This document shows positions 41,718-53,386 of a stretch of DNA of 64,000 nt, in pieces. The notes beneath the pieces were generated by a model that was not told the origin of the DNA, did not search any database, and saw only the letters and a program-made list of their open reading frames with translations. Numbering within the stretch: the first letter of the stretch is position 1; every line of letters starts with the position of its first letter. A program made the translations under genes and the position numbers. The DNA is from Rhynchopus sp. YZ270_cl-10 (taxonomy: Eukaryota): the NCBI GenBank assembly GCA_964035575.1, contig OZ037835.1, positions 1,178,001 to 1,242,000 of the forward strand, in the 5' to 3' direction.

Positions 41718-42224
41718 CAGCCCATTATCGTCAAATTCGCAATTTTCTCAGATTTAGTTGATAAAAAAAATTTTCCCCCCGGGAAAGGCAGGTCAAGTAC
41801 TGTTCAGGGTTGGTGGTTTCCATTCCTTTCTCCACTGCATAACTACTTTTCGCACGCGCTTGTATTCGTCAAACTTCGCGAACGCCACCCTGCGATTCTT
41901 TAGCCGTATGGAAAAAAAATAAATGGCGCCGCAGGCGAAAAAAAAATAGGGTACGGTGTAAAAATGCTGGTTTACACCACACAGTCACTCAACAAACCCT
42001 TTTTTGCGGAGCAAAAAAGGAAAATGGCGCCGCAGGCAAAAAAAATAAGGGGTACGGTACGCAGCAAGCAGAAAAATTTTAAGGTTCCATCATTCCAGTC
42101 ATCTGGGGGTCGGGCGAGGGGTCCCCAAAAGTGCCCAAAAATCCCCTCTTTTTTTTTTTTTTTCCCCTCCCAAAAAAATATTTAGTTGATTTCAACTAAA
42201 TGCGAACCGCACGATAATCCCCTG
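41718..42224. mobile_element. 507-bp non-autonomous hAT element, 8-bp TSD TTTTATTT
   Basis: Ends CAGCCCATTATCGT and ACGATAATCCCCTG. Internal GCGCCGCAGGC motifs. Confidence 0.75.
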
Positions 42225-43986
42225 TTTTATTTGCATGTCATATACAGGTCCCCCAGGTTGTCTCATGACAGTCTGAGTGACCTTCCGAGGCCAAATGAGC
42301 AGAAATGAATGTGAACAAATCCAAATTTTGTTTTTATTTTTATTTTTATTTTTTTTCGAAAAAAAGAAAACACCAAGAGAACACACGGACCAGCCTATCA
42401 GCTGATCACGGGAACCTCATAAGCACGAAAGACACAGGTATCTTTCTTGTTGTCTTTAGGTTGCTCTTTACCTATGTGGGTCCATCCCTTCAGTGAACCG
42501 TTTGGGACCCCCGGTCTGTCAAGGAGACAGTCGCGGTTAGCGTTGTCATGTTTCTCTGTTGCACACAACAAGAAGAATATCCAGGGAGTTTTGGATGTTG
42601 TTCTGCTCTTGTGGGTTGCCGTTCAACAGCAGCGCCTTCCCATTTTGCTTTTGTTATTATTTTACTTTTATTTTTATACTATGATTCCATGCAATGCTTA
42701 AAAAAAGGAAATTGAACACCGTACCCCTCCCTTCCTTTTCCCCTATTCTGGGGCGGGTTGGAGTAGAGCCACATTTTCACCGACAGGTTGAGGTGTGTAC
42801 GTTTCACCATATCCCTCCCCCTCTCCCCCTTTTTGTCTTTTTTGTCTTTATTGCTTTCTCTTTTAAGGATCCTGTGCATAAAATTTGTGGCTGCTATCTT
42901 GTGATAGTAGTCTATAATTATCCGAAAAAAAAAATATTGTTTTATTTTGCGGGAGGTGGAGGAAAAAAAGAGGAAAAGGAGTGTGGTTTCAATTTCCCAA
43001 TTTTTATTTCTTGTTATTGTTGCATGAGTGCAGTGCAGTTGGCCGTATTCATCCGCTTCATATTAAGAGGCAGCAGAACACAGGTTTTTCATTTTTCAAC
43101 GTTTAAAACGTTCCACCAGCCTACATGGACATGTCATCCCAAGATGTCTGGTGCCTTTCAACCGAAATTCACCCAAAAAAAGGGAGAAAAAAAAAAATAC
43201 CCATCATGAATGTAAAACCTACCCAACCCACCCCTTTTTGTTTCTCTCTTTTTTAAACTCAGGTAGCTACGTGCCGTAACGGCGATTATGTCCTAAGACG
43301 CATGCCCGAAGAGGGTGACTCATGGCTTCATTGGCTAGGGATCTGGTCCACTCCACCCATGTAGTCCTGCCTCCCGCACCCAGGTTGATAAAATTTATGT
43401 ATTTTTCTTTCAAAAAAATACAAAAAAAAACACCAAAATAATACAACAAGGAGGTTCAGTACCGTCCCACGGGGTTTTTTCGCCATCATTCGTTAGGGTC
43501 AAGCTCTGCATTTTGGCTCTTCTTTTGTCCACCACCGCCGTCTCCTTCCCCACCATTCTCCATGTGTCCCACCACTTGAGGGCACAATGCTATAGCAGTG
43601 CACCCAGCCATTTTCGTGGTCGATGTGGCGTTCACGTCTCGGTTCGGCCTTCTTCTGAACATCACCCTATGTTCTTCAGTGCTGCCGTTGGCTGGTTGAG
43701 AGAGAGAGTATCGAGCGAGAACAAATTAGTCGCAAAGAATTTTGACGTTCCTGTTCGCTGTTCTTCTTGGACCCTTTCAGCATGTGGGCAACAGCGGGCA
43801 TCACATATGATGTCTTGGATGTGTTCGTGTTCCCATGCATCATGGAGCGGGCCTTATTGATGGGCGTGAAAAACGGAGATAATGCAAGAATTTCATCTCA
43901 TTTTGCGTCTGAGGGATCGGCTAGCGTCAGGACAGAGGTTCCTCGCCTGTTTGTGTCATAAAATCACTTAAAGAAGAAAAAAAAAA

Positions 43987-46492
43987 GGGGAATAGTCAGT
44001 TATACCCTACCCTTTTTTTGAAATGGTCAGAGATACCCGAAAATAAGTTCAGATATACCCGAAAACCAGAAATAGGGCATAACTGACTATATCTGAACTT
44101 ATTTTCGGGTATTTGAACTTATTTTCGGGTATATCTGAACTTTTTTCGGGTATCTCTGAACTTATTTGGGGTACCCACTTATTTGGGGGTACCCCCTTTG
44201 ATTTTTTGCCCAGTGGGTGAGTGACCCACCATGAGGGAATGCGACAGCAGAGACAGTATTGAAGCAGCATGGTATGATTTTCACCCCTCTACCCCACACA
44301 CAGTTACTTTTAGTGGGGGTAAATACCCGCAAACCCGCAAACCCTTATACCTGGTCCCTCGCTTCGCTTGGGAACCATTAGTGCAGCAGGAAACTCTCTG
44401 TAGCGTGAAAAAAGGCTACCTTATTTCACGGAAATACATAGTTATGACCACTTTTTTCATTAACCTCACCCTTCCCGACTACTGCGTTTGTATACCATAA
44501 CTTAATCACACCCCACATTTCCACTCATCACAGGATCGTGAAATCTGAACTGCATCCGTGATTGCGATGAGCGCCGCTCTCCGACATTCAACAACTCAAA
44601 ATCCAAGGCTTCACCCAAATCAATCTATTCTAGATTTGTTTGTGGACGAAGACCTGGGGGTGGTAACACTTTGTCAGTCACTGCTATAGCCATTAACCCA
44701 GGGAGCATAGCTAGTGCAAGAAATTCGACTTTGGAAACCTTCCGGAAAGTCTGTCCTCTGCTTACGGAGGACGAGGCACAAGAAAATATTGCGTTCCCCC
44801 AGAAAACCAGTGCACATTTCACACTCCTTGTGGGTGGTCTTGTTGCCTTTTTTGTCAAGTAATTTTGGCCCAGGCATGCTCTCGAAGCATGACAATTTAG
44901 TGTGTATGGGGCAGGGTGTTGTTTTGTTCTGAATTCTCTTTGTTATAACATCTAAGTCAATCGCGGGTGGTGGTTTGTGTAGCGTGAGGCACTCTTTTTA
45001 GCAAACTTCCTGCGGCTGCTAAAGTGTTATTTCTTCGGATTTAACAACGTACAGCGTAACATAGTGGTTTAGCCTGGTCGACACAACCTTTGATAGATAT
45101 GGGATAACCAACCCCCTTCGACCCCTTGTGGGTTCACTGAACAAGCCCTCGTGGTAGTTAAACGCGATTGACATTTACATTCCTAGAGATGAAAGAACAA
45201 GACAACACTTCTGTACCCGCGCATCAAAATTGTGGAAAACTTTGCACCCCAAACACCCTCAACAACGCCCGCCAAAAGGCGCCCCTTGTTGCTGGGAGTT
45301 GGTTCTCATGATACCTGCACAGCGGGCATTCCTCTGAGTCCAACGCATGTTTGGCCTGTCTGCGGCGTTGTACTTCAGGTGCACGAAGACAGGGTCTGGT
45401 GGTAAATTTTGCGTAGTACTGCGACGTGGTACTGCGTGGGTCTGGGAACCTGGGTACCTGGGTACAGGAAATTTGTTGTGGAAGACATCAACCACCATGC
45501 ATTGAGGAGGGTAAGACAGTGTTCGCAGTTTCTACCTGATAGCATTACACATTTAACTTCTCCACGGGGGTCTTGGGCCGTTCACTCGGTTCTACCTTGA
45601 CTACCGGAAGATATTCTTGAGGCCTTTTTGGTCTCTAGAATATCCGGTCTTCCCGAACGGAGGCACACTTTGTGTGTTACTACGACCTGGCAATTTCCAG
45701 CAGTAGGTTAAGTAATCTTTCTTGTAAATTGTTGGATCATTATCTCTGAACAAGATAAATCAATAAGCTCGCGTTTCTTTTATCGAACAGATTTTATTCT
45801 CCGCCCCGTACCCAAAACGTAAACACCACTTTGAATCAGAAAAAATATTTTCCTCTCCTTTTTTCTTCCACACGCGCTGGTTTTTGTATTTCGCTAATTT
45901 TTATCAAAAAGCTTTGAGTGCGAAACGTTTCTCCATGTATTGCACGGGAAACAATATGACAAACAGGTGCAGGGTGGTTCCGTGCTTACCATAGAACCTG
46001 GCACCTTGTGTGTCTCCCAAAAACCAAAAAAGCGTTGTGTGTGAAGTTTTGAAGGAAGGAAAAATAAAACTCAGTGCATGAATGCCCCACGTGACTGGAC
46101 ACTTTTGTGTTTGTCATGTGGAGCTGTGGTTGCTCTTTCACGACTTTTTTCCTGTTCCTGGGTACCTGGACCTGGTATCTGGGTATCTGGGTATCTGGGT
46201 ATCTGGGTATCTGGGTATCTGGGTATCTGGGTATCTGGGTATCTGGGTATCTGGGTATACCCGAAAACCAACTTTTTTGGGGTACCCGAAAAAAGTTGGC
46301 GATATGGTCAGACATGCCCGAAAATAAGTTGAGAAATAGTCAGAGATACCCGAAATACCCGAAAATAAGTTCAGATATTGGTCAGTTATGCCCTATTTTT
46401 GAAAATGGGGCATCTCTGACCAATATCTGAACTTATTTTCGGGTATCTCTGACCATTTCAAAAAAAGGGTAGGGCATAACTGACTATTCCCC
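43987..46492. mobile_element. 2.5-kb DNA transposon derivative with ~80-bp TIRs (GGGGAATAGTCAGTTAT...)
   Basis: Near-perfect TIRs and repeated subterminal TGAACTTATTTTCGGGTAT. Flanked by A-runs, so the TSD is ambiguous. No transposase recognised. Confidence 0.8.
46174..46257. repeat. 8-bp tandem repeat (GGGTATCT) x ~10
   Basis: Read directly. Confidence 0.95.
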
Positions 46493-46625
46493 AAAAAAAT
46501 GGCAAGTTCGAAGATGCACTGTGTGCCAGATTGATGAGGGGACAATCCCCTGCTGTCGCCTTAAATCCTCTGTTTGCTATCATTCCCTTAGCCTTGTATT
46601 ATTTTGAATCCCAAAATAGTTATAT

Positions 46626-46771
46626 ACTCCAGGGAGAAATTGAAGCTTTTTTTCCCCGAGGGGGGTGCAACTCCCAAGGATGTGTATTTCCCGAGCCGAA
46701 GGCGAGGGAAATACGAATCCGAGGGAGTTGGCACCCCCCAAGGGGAAAAATCTTCAATTTCTCCCAGGAGT
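46626..46771 (+). other. ~145-bp imperfect palindrome with GAA triloop and tandem GA/AA mismatches on the plus strand
   Basis: Core GTATTTCCC-GA-GCC-GAA-GGC-GA-GGGAAATAC. Arms pair out to ACTCC...GGAGT. Confidence 0.85.
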
Positions 46772-48054
46772 TTGTAATTTTATTGCCTCCAAATAGTGCC
46801 GAAAGCCAAAATTTTAGGGGGTTTTGACCCACCGCGTGTGCACATCTGTTGGTGGGTGCTTGGGGTGCCGTACAAAAAGAAATGAAGCCGAAAACTAGGA
46901 GAGGAGGGTCTTTTTGTATGTCTGAATACTTTTGTTAGTGTTTTTTGTTGAGACGGCTGAAGTAACTCCAGATGGTGTTGACTTCAATTTCCGTTCTTTG
47001 TGCAAGTGATCGAAGTAGCGGTGTAATCTTCTCACGTGGCTTGCGGGACTTGATCTTCGACAATTTCAGAAATCCTTGCAAAGCGATGTCATGGGTTTCT
47101 TTTGTGGGCGCCTTCTTCTGAGCATCCTCATAGATATCTGTGGCCTGCTTCTTGGTAGTCCTTGGCATGATCTTGTGGTTTTGACGTTAAAATCCCTCTG
47201 GGAAGTTTTTTGGGTGGAAAAAAACCTCAAAAACGCGTTTTAGACCCCTAGAAAGGCTCAAAACTGCTCAATTCTTGCTGGAATTGCAAAATTGGGCACT
47301 TTTAGGGGTGTGACCAAAAAAATTTTCGAGAGTCTAGTTAGTACGGAGGCGCACCTTAGAAGGCAAAAAATCAAAAAAACAGCAGGGAAAAATAGACTTT
47401 TTATTCCCTGCCCCTTTTTAGCTGGGGTTCCCGGCTATTTACTATTTATTCCCTGCTCAAATTTACTTTTTTTCCCTCACCCCAGCCATTTACGGCTAAA
47501 AAATGCAGGGAAAAAAACCTACTTTATTTCCTGCCCCCCTAAAGCATTTTGGCTTGAGGCACAATATTTGGAGGCAATAAAATGCACATTTTACAAATCG
47601 AAAAATCAGGGTTTCCGCGTAGGCTTTTGGTCCCCCCGCCCGGGGGACCAAATTTTGAAAATCGCAAAAAAAAAAAAAAAAAAAAGGAGAAAATGCAGCA
47701 GGCTATTTCCTAAATCTGAGTTTCGATTTTAGGATTTGAGATTTTGGAAATGCCGCACTTTTTTTACCGACCAAATTTTCCCGGTTGCCGCACTTTTTTT
47801 TCGCCTAAGGGGGAAGTTAGGTAGGGCACTTCTGTCTGGGAAAAAGTGACCAGGGAAAAAAATGTTGGGGTCCCGTGCTCCCAAATGTGCGAAATAAGCA
47901 AGAAAAAAGTTTATTTTTGCGCACATGTGTATAAAAAAAATCCGCCTCCGGCGGGGTTCATTTTCGAGGGTTTTCAGAGATATCACGATATGAGGATTCC
48001 TTAAGAAACCATTGAATCTTATTTCAGAATAATACCTTAGAGTGTTTTTGGACA

Positions 48055-48665
48055 CATATGACCCCACCGTGAAGAGCAATCGGCTCGTGCAATCAAAAGA
48101 AAGTGGAGAAAAGGTACAAAAAAAAAAGTTGGGTACCGTGCGCCTGCGGCGCTTCTTGTTCCCTACCAGTTTCTACATGCAAACACTTGCCCCCTTTACC
48201 TTACACTGACGGATTTTGACCAAAACCAAGAACTTGTCCATTTCGGCAAATTGACCCCACCACACAACGCACGGATTCCGGAAATGCAAATGCCGGTGTT
48301 TTCGGGCATTTCCATGTTTCAAGACGTCAAGATCAGGGAGAGAAAATTTGGTTGTGGGATTTACCTTGGCTCTTTACCCTACATGGATTTTGACCAAAAC
48401 CAAGAATTTGGCCATTTCGGCAAAGTGACCCCACCACAGCGCGGGCGGATTCCGGAAATTCCAATCGCGGTATGTTTTGGAGCTGAAAACCCACTGTTTT
48501 TTCAGGGAAAAATTGCTTCCAAATGTCGGAATTTTCCGAATTTTCCTGAAATGACCCTTGTTTACGAGTATGGGTTCATATTTTGCGAAAATTTAAGTCA
48601 CTAAATTTTTGTCCATTTTTCCGAATATGCCCCACCACAAGCCGGGATTGGCTCGGAAATGCAAC
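48055..48665 (-). mobile_element. Diverged internal copy related to the 877-bp hAT element
   Basis: Colinear similarity to ~49490-50110. Ends not identified. Confidence 0.7.
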
Positions 48666-49342
48666 AAAACGCCCTCTTGGGCGGAAAAAAACCTCACGAA
48701 AATGCCGCACTTTTTTTGCATTTCTTTTTCGAAATTTTGGAAAAAACGCCCCAGAGTTAGGAAATAGCCTGAAATGCAGCATGAGGCACACTGGGTAGTA
48801 CGGTGCGACGCACGGTTTCATATGCACCTGTGACCCCATCGTGAGCAGCAATCGGTTCGATTAGTCCAAAGAAGACAGAAAAAGGAGGAGAAAAAAAAGG
48901 ACGTAGCGTACCGTGCGCCTGCGGCGCTGAATTGTTTCTCACCAGTGCACACAATCAAATGGAGTCCCAAGGTTTTGCGCGACTCCTCAAATTGTCTGCA
49001 CCTACCCTACAAACACCATCACCGTCTCAGCTTCCTTCACGAGCCGTTCAGCCTTCACAAGCCAAAGAAAATAGGGCAAAAGTAGCGTACCGTGCGCCTG
49101 CGGCGCTCTTGCTGTCTTCGTTAAAACAAAAGCACGTTGGCAAAACTGCGAATCGTGACAATTTTTTTTCGCCTGCGGTGCCCACCTCCCTCCCCTCTCC
49201 TTCCTGTGGTTGCAGGGAGTCGCGCGCGCGAAGCGCGCGCGACGGCTCGGAGAAAGCGGGGGGACCAAATTTTGAGACCAAAAACCAAGCGGAAGCCCTG
49301 AAAATACCAAAAAAAAAAAAAAAAATACGCATGCCTCCCCTT

Positions 49343-50217
49343 CAGAGCTCGCGCTAAAGTCCATCCCTCATCCCGGGATTTTTGGGGGTTTTGGTAGGAA
49401 CGTTTTTTTTTTGCAGTACGGGGATTTCATTAAGAAACCAGAAGTTCTAATATTGTTGAGTAAGACCACCACATAGTGGACTTGCATATACATGTGACCC
49501 CGCCGTGGAACGCAATTGGCTCGGAAAGTCAAAAGAAAGAGGAGAAAAAAGAAAAGGAAAAAAAAAAAAAAAGTTGGGTGCCGTGCGCCTGCGGCGCTGC
49601 CTGTTCCCTTCCAGTTTCTACAGGCAAACACTTGCCCCCTTTACCTTACACTGACGGGTTTTGACCAAAACCAAGAACTTGTCCATTTCGGCAAATTGAC
49701 CCCACCACAGAACGGACGAATTCCGGAAATGCAAATGCCGATGTTTTCGCGCATTTTCATGTTGCAAGACGTCAGGATCAGGGAGAGAAAATCTGGTTGT
49801 GGGATTTACATTGGCCCTCTTTACCCACATGGATTTTGACCAAAACCAAAAAATTGGCCATTTCGGCAAAGTGACCCCACCACAGCGCGGACGGATTCCG
49901 GAAATTCCAATCGCGGTGTGTTTTGGGGCTGAAAACCCACTGATTTTCAGGAGAAAAATTGCTTCCAAATCTCGGAATTTTCCGAATTTTCCTGAAAATG
50001 ACCCTTGTTTACGAGTATGGGTTCATATTTTGCGAAAATTTAAGTCACTAAAATTTTGTCCATTTTTCCGTATATACCCCACCACAAGCCGGGATTGGCC
50101 CGGAAATGCCACAAAACGGGGTTTCCGGGCCTCCCCTGCTAACCTTTTCAAGGAACGTTTTTCCGTACCCGAAATCCATTTTTTCCCCATTTTTTCCCAT
50201 AATTAGCGCGACCACTG
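49343..50217 (-). mobile_element. Second copy (875 bp) of the hAT element, 8-bp TSD CTCCCCTT
   Basis: Reverse complement of 40797-41673. TSD at 49335-49342 and 50218-50225. Confidence 0.92.
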
Positions 50218-50323
50218 CTCCCCTTCCCACAACCCCCACCACACAACAGAACAACAAAAAAAACAAGGCAAAACTGAAGTAGCCCAATCAAGGACTGCGC
50301 CCTAACTTTTACCTGCGTTCTGA

Positions 50324-50482
50324 GGTTGTTTCATCTTCTCCTGCAGACGGGCGTCCGTGTGTGATGTGCACACTGGGGAGGCAGTGTTCGTGTTGGAAGG
50401 CCACAAAGGTGAAGTGACCGAAGTGGCAGTCACTCCCGACAGTTCTTAAGTGGTTTCATCTTCTCCTGAAGACGGCGTCCGT
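50324..50482 (+). pseudogene. WD40 repeat remnant
   Basis: LEGHKGEVTEVAVTPDSS*VVSSS.. with an in-frame stop. Duplicated VVSSSP segment. Confidence 0.6.
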
Positions 50483-51224
50483 CGACGGGGAAGGAAGTGC
50501 TGGCAATAAGCAGCCATAAAGGACCGCACCCCAACTCCACCTGCACCGCCAAGCACTTCAGCCACGGTGGGATCTGCGTGCCTTGTGTCTGTGTCTGCAA
50601 TGATGCAGTCCCTGGGCCAGATCAGGAGGATGGAAACCCGGGGGGTGGTAACCGTTTCTCTTACGGCTTTTGCCGGAGGAAGAGTACCCAAGGGAGTGGC
50701 AGGTTGATGTGGGGTTTGGGTGTTCCTTTTGCGGTGAAGGTCTGTGGGGTGGGTTGGGTGGGTGGGGGGCAGGGAGGTGGAGGTGCACAGTGTTGTGAGT
50801 GTGGGGGGGTTTGGGTGTGGCGCTTCCCTGCATCGTTTTGTGGAAATGATGGGAGAGGGGGAAGCTGTATCTGTGGGGTGCTTTCGTGCAATTTGTCTGG
50901 CACCTCAGCTTGTCTGTGGTTGCAGCACGAGAGCACCTTTGGCGTTCTTCCTTGCGTGGGGTGGGTGGAGACAGCGTGGAGGCTGTGTGGGTGGAGGCAG
51001 TGCTGCGGCTTCGCGAAACAGTGCTTTGTGGTGTGGGGTTCCTCACCTATCCACAAGGCGTGGCTCTCTTAGCAGTGCGGCTGTATCGCTGCCAGGGTTG
51101 GGAGGAAGGAATGTGGGGCAGAACCTGGCTACAGCATACGAACAGGGACACACATCAGGAAGATGGGATCCTGAGTGTAGAAGCCTGAAAAGGACGAGAT
51201 TGCAAAGGGAATTACTGGGAAGGA

Positions 51225-52680
51225 GAGTCCCGTGGACGCGGTGGACAGCGTGGACGGGAGGACAATGCTGCACAGCGCCGTACTTGCGGGGGATGTGGAG
51301 GCAGTGTGGTTTCCTGACTGAGAAGACAGCACCGAACGTGTTTGAGCTGTCGCCCGCACCCGCAGCTGCACGTGATTGAGGCCTTTGCGCCGCTGATCCG
51401 TGGTCTGGACCGGCTGATTGGGAGCCGGCGGAAGCAGCTGCGGACTGTGTTCCGCGGGATTAATGTGAACGTGCCTGCGAAGTACGCGCTGGGGACGCAC
51501 ATTGTGTGGAACTGCTTCACGTCGACAACACTGAAGCGGGATGTGGCTCGGAGCTTCATGTACGGGAAGGGTGGGACGTTCTTTGTGGTGGTGGCGAAGG
51601 AGGGTGCTGCAGACGTGAAGTTCTCGTCTGTGTATGCTTCGGAGGACGAGCTGCTGTGCACAGGATGGTGGTGGTGTGGGGGAGACGAGGGCTGAGCAGG
51701 TGGGTGCGCTGCAGGAGATGATGGGGCACGCAGTCGCGTTCTTCAAGGACTACCTTGCGCAGTTCGTGGAGTGGCGTGGGGTGCGACACATGTGTGGATG
51801 AGTCGGAGACACGTCTGATGGAGGAAGCGTGGAGGTGGCTTCGTGCACGTTCACGTAGGACTCGCTGGACGAGGTAGGGCTGACGCAGGAGGATGTGGGT
51901 GTTGTGGTGGCTGAGGGTGGACTTCTGTGCCGGCATCCGTGGGTGGAGGCACACTGCAGTGTTGTTGTGACTGTGCGTGGTGAGTACCTGAAGGGTGTGG
52001 ACACGTCTCTGTCTGGTATGTGGGGCTGGTGTGCGTGCTGTGTACACACATCTGTTCACAGAGGTGGATGCGAGAACGTACATCGAGCGTGCAAACACAG
52101 CCTGGGAGAAGGAACACAAAATAGGAGAAGGAGAAGGGAGAGCGCACAGTCTTCGTGCGTGAGGAGGACGTTGGGGGACTTGTGCAGCTGCGGAACCCGT
52201 TTTTGCTGCACATGGCGCGCTACGCACAGTGCAGCGAGAAGGCTTCTGAGGAGGTGATCTACGAGGCCTACCTGGAGACGTGGACGAAGAAGGAGATGGC
52301 GTCTGGTGGAGTTGCTGTTGCTGTTTCGGATGTGTCTTTATGTCGGAAGTGGTGCGTGCAGGGAAGCTTGCATGCAGGATGCTGGAGACAAACGAGTGGC
52401 AGGGGACTGTGGGTGTGGCGTCGTCTTGATTCGCAGCACGGTGTGTGTGCGTCTGTGCGGGATGCGTGCTTCCGCTGACTGCCGTTCCGGATTGAGACTT
52501 TGGGGAGGAGCGGAGTGCGTTCACGTTCCGGAAAGTAGCTTGGGGAGCACCTTGCAGCACGGCGGCTTGCACGTGACCCAGCAGGGACACTGGAGACGCT
52601 GGTGCAGCGGAGCTTCAGCAAGGACTCGCAGCGTGTGCTTGAGTTCTTTGCGGCGCTGGTGTGTGGAGACACAAAATACC
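51225..52680 (+). pseudogene. Decayed ANK - ADP-ribosyltransferase - NACHT (NLR-like) gene
   Basis: ANK: VDAVDSVDGRTMLHSAVLAGDVEAV. ART R-S-E motifs: VFRG, FTSTT, SEDELL. NACHT: DSLDEV (Walker B), VVVTVRGEYL, LRNPFLLHM. Multiple stops and frameshifts. Confidence 0.7.
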
Positions 52681-52901
52681 GCACCAGGACCAAGGGGGTG
52701 TGTGTGTTCAGGGACGGGGCGGGTGGGGGGGACAACGTCTTTTGACGCAATGGGGGAACAGGGAGCATCCGTTAGAGTGTTTGACGCGAAGCTACCAAGT
52801 GTGGTGGGTATCGGGCCGTTTACGAGAGGCAGAGGCGGGCAACTTGCGTGATGTGAGCATGAGCGTGCGGCACGGCTGTGTTGTGGGGTTCTTTTGGGCT
52901 G

Positions 52902-53130
52902 CACGACGGTGATGTACAGTACATTACAAGTGAAGTTACATGTAACGTTACAAGTGAAAAACCGTTACAAGTGAGTTACAAGTGAGTTACAAGTGGGATA
53001 CATGAATTACAGGCAAAATCAGGTTGTAACTGGTGGGTTACAAGTGAGTTACAAGTGAGTTACATGTAACAAAAGTTACATGTAACTCACTTGTAACTCC
53101 ACTTGTAACACCCGTTACATCACCGTCGTG
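52902..53130. mobile_element. 229-bp MITE, 15-bp TIR CACGACGGTGATGTA, probable 2-bp TSD TG (CMC/EnSpm-like)
   Basis: Perfect TIRs and internal GTTACAAGTGA repeats in both orientations. Confidence 0.8.
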
Positions 53131-53386
53131 TGGGGTGCTGAGGCAGGATTGCATGAGTGGAGACGTGGGTCGGAGACTCAGGTGCAGTGGGTATGCTGCA
53201 GTGCACAGTGCTGATGTCCCGCAGTTGTCTCGTCCTTTAGAATCGAAGGTGACGAAATAAAGCCTCAGGCGTTTGCATCATTATTTGTTGTACAATGATA
53301 CAAGAACCATCGGAGGGTCGTCACCCACAACCTCTGCACAAAAAGAAACCAACACAAAAGACACAGCAACAACACACAAACACACA

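Noticed and set aside
40715..43345. Larger hAT host element starting CAGGGTCCTAGC
   Set aside because: The candidate right end matches poorly and there is no TSD.
44500..45700. Transposase gene inside the 2.5-kb TIR element
   Set aside because: Only short, stop-interrupted frames, and no DDE motif was recognised.
40797..50217. One 9.4-kb transposon with 875-bp TIRs
   Set aside because: Each arm has its own termini and its own 8-bp TSD, so these are two independent insertions.
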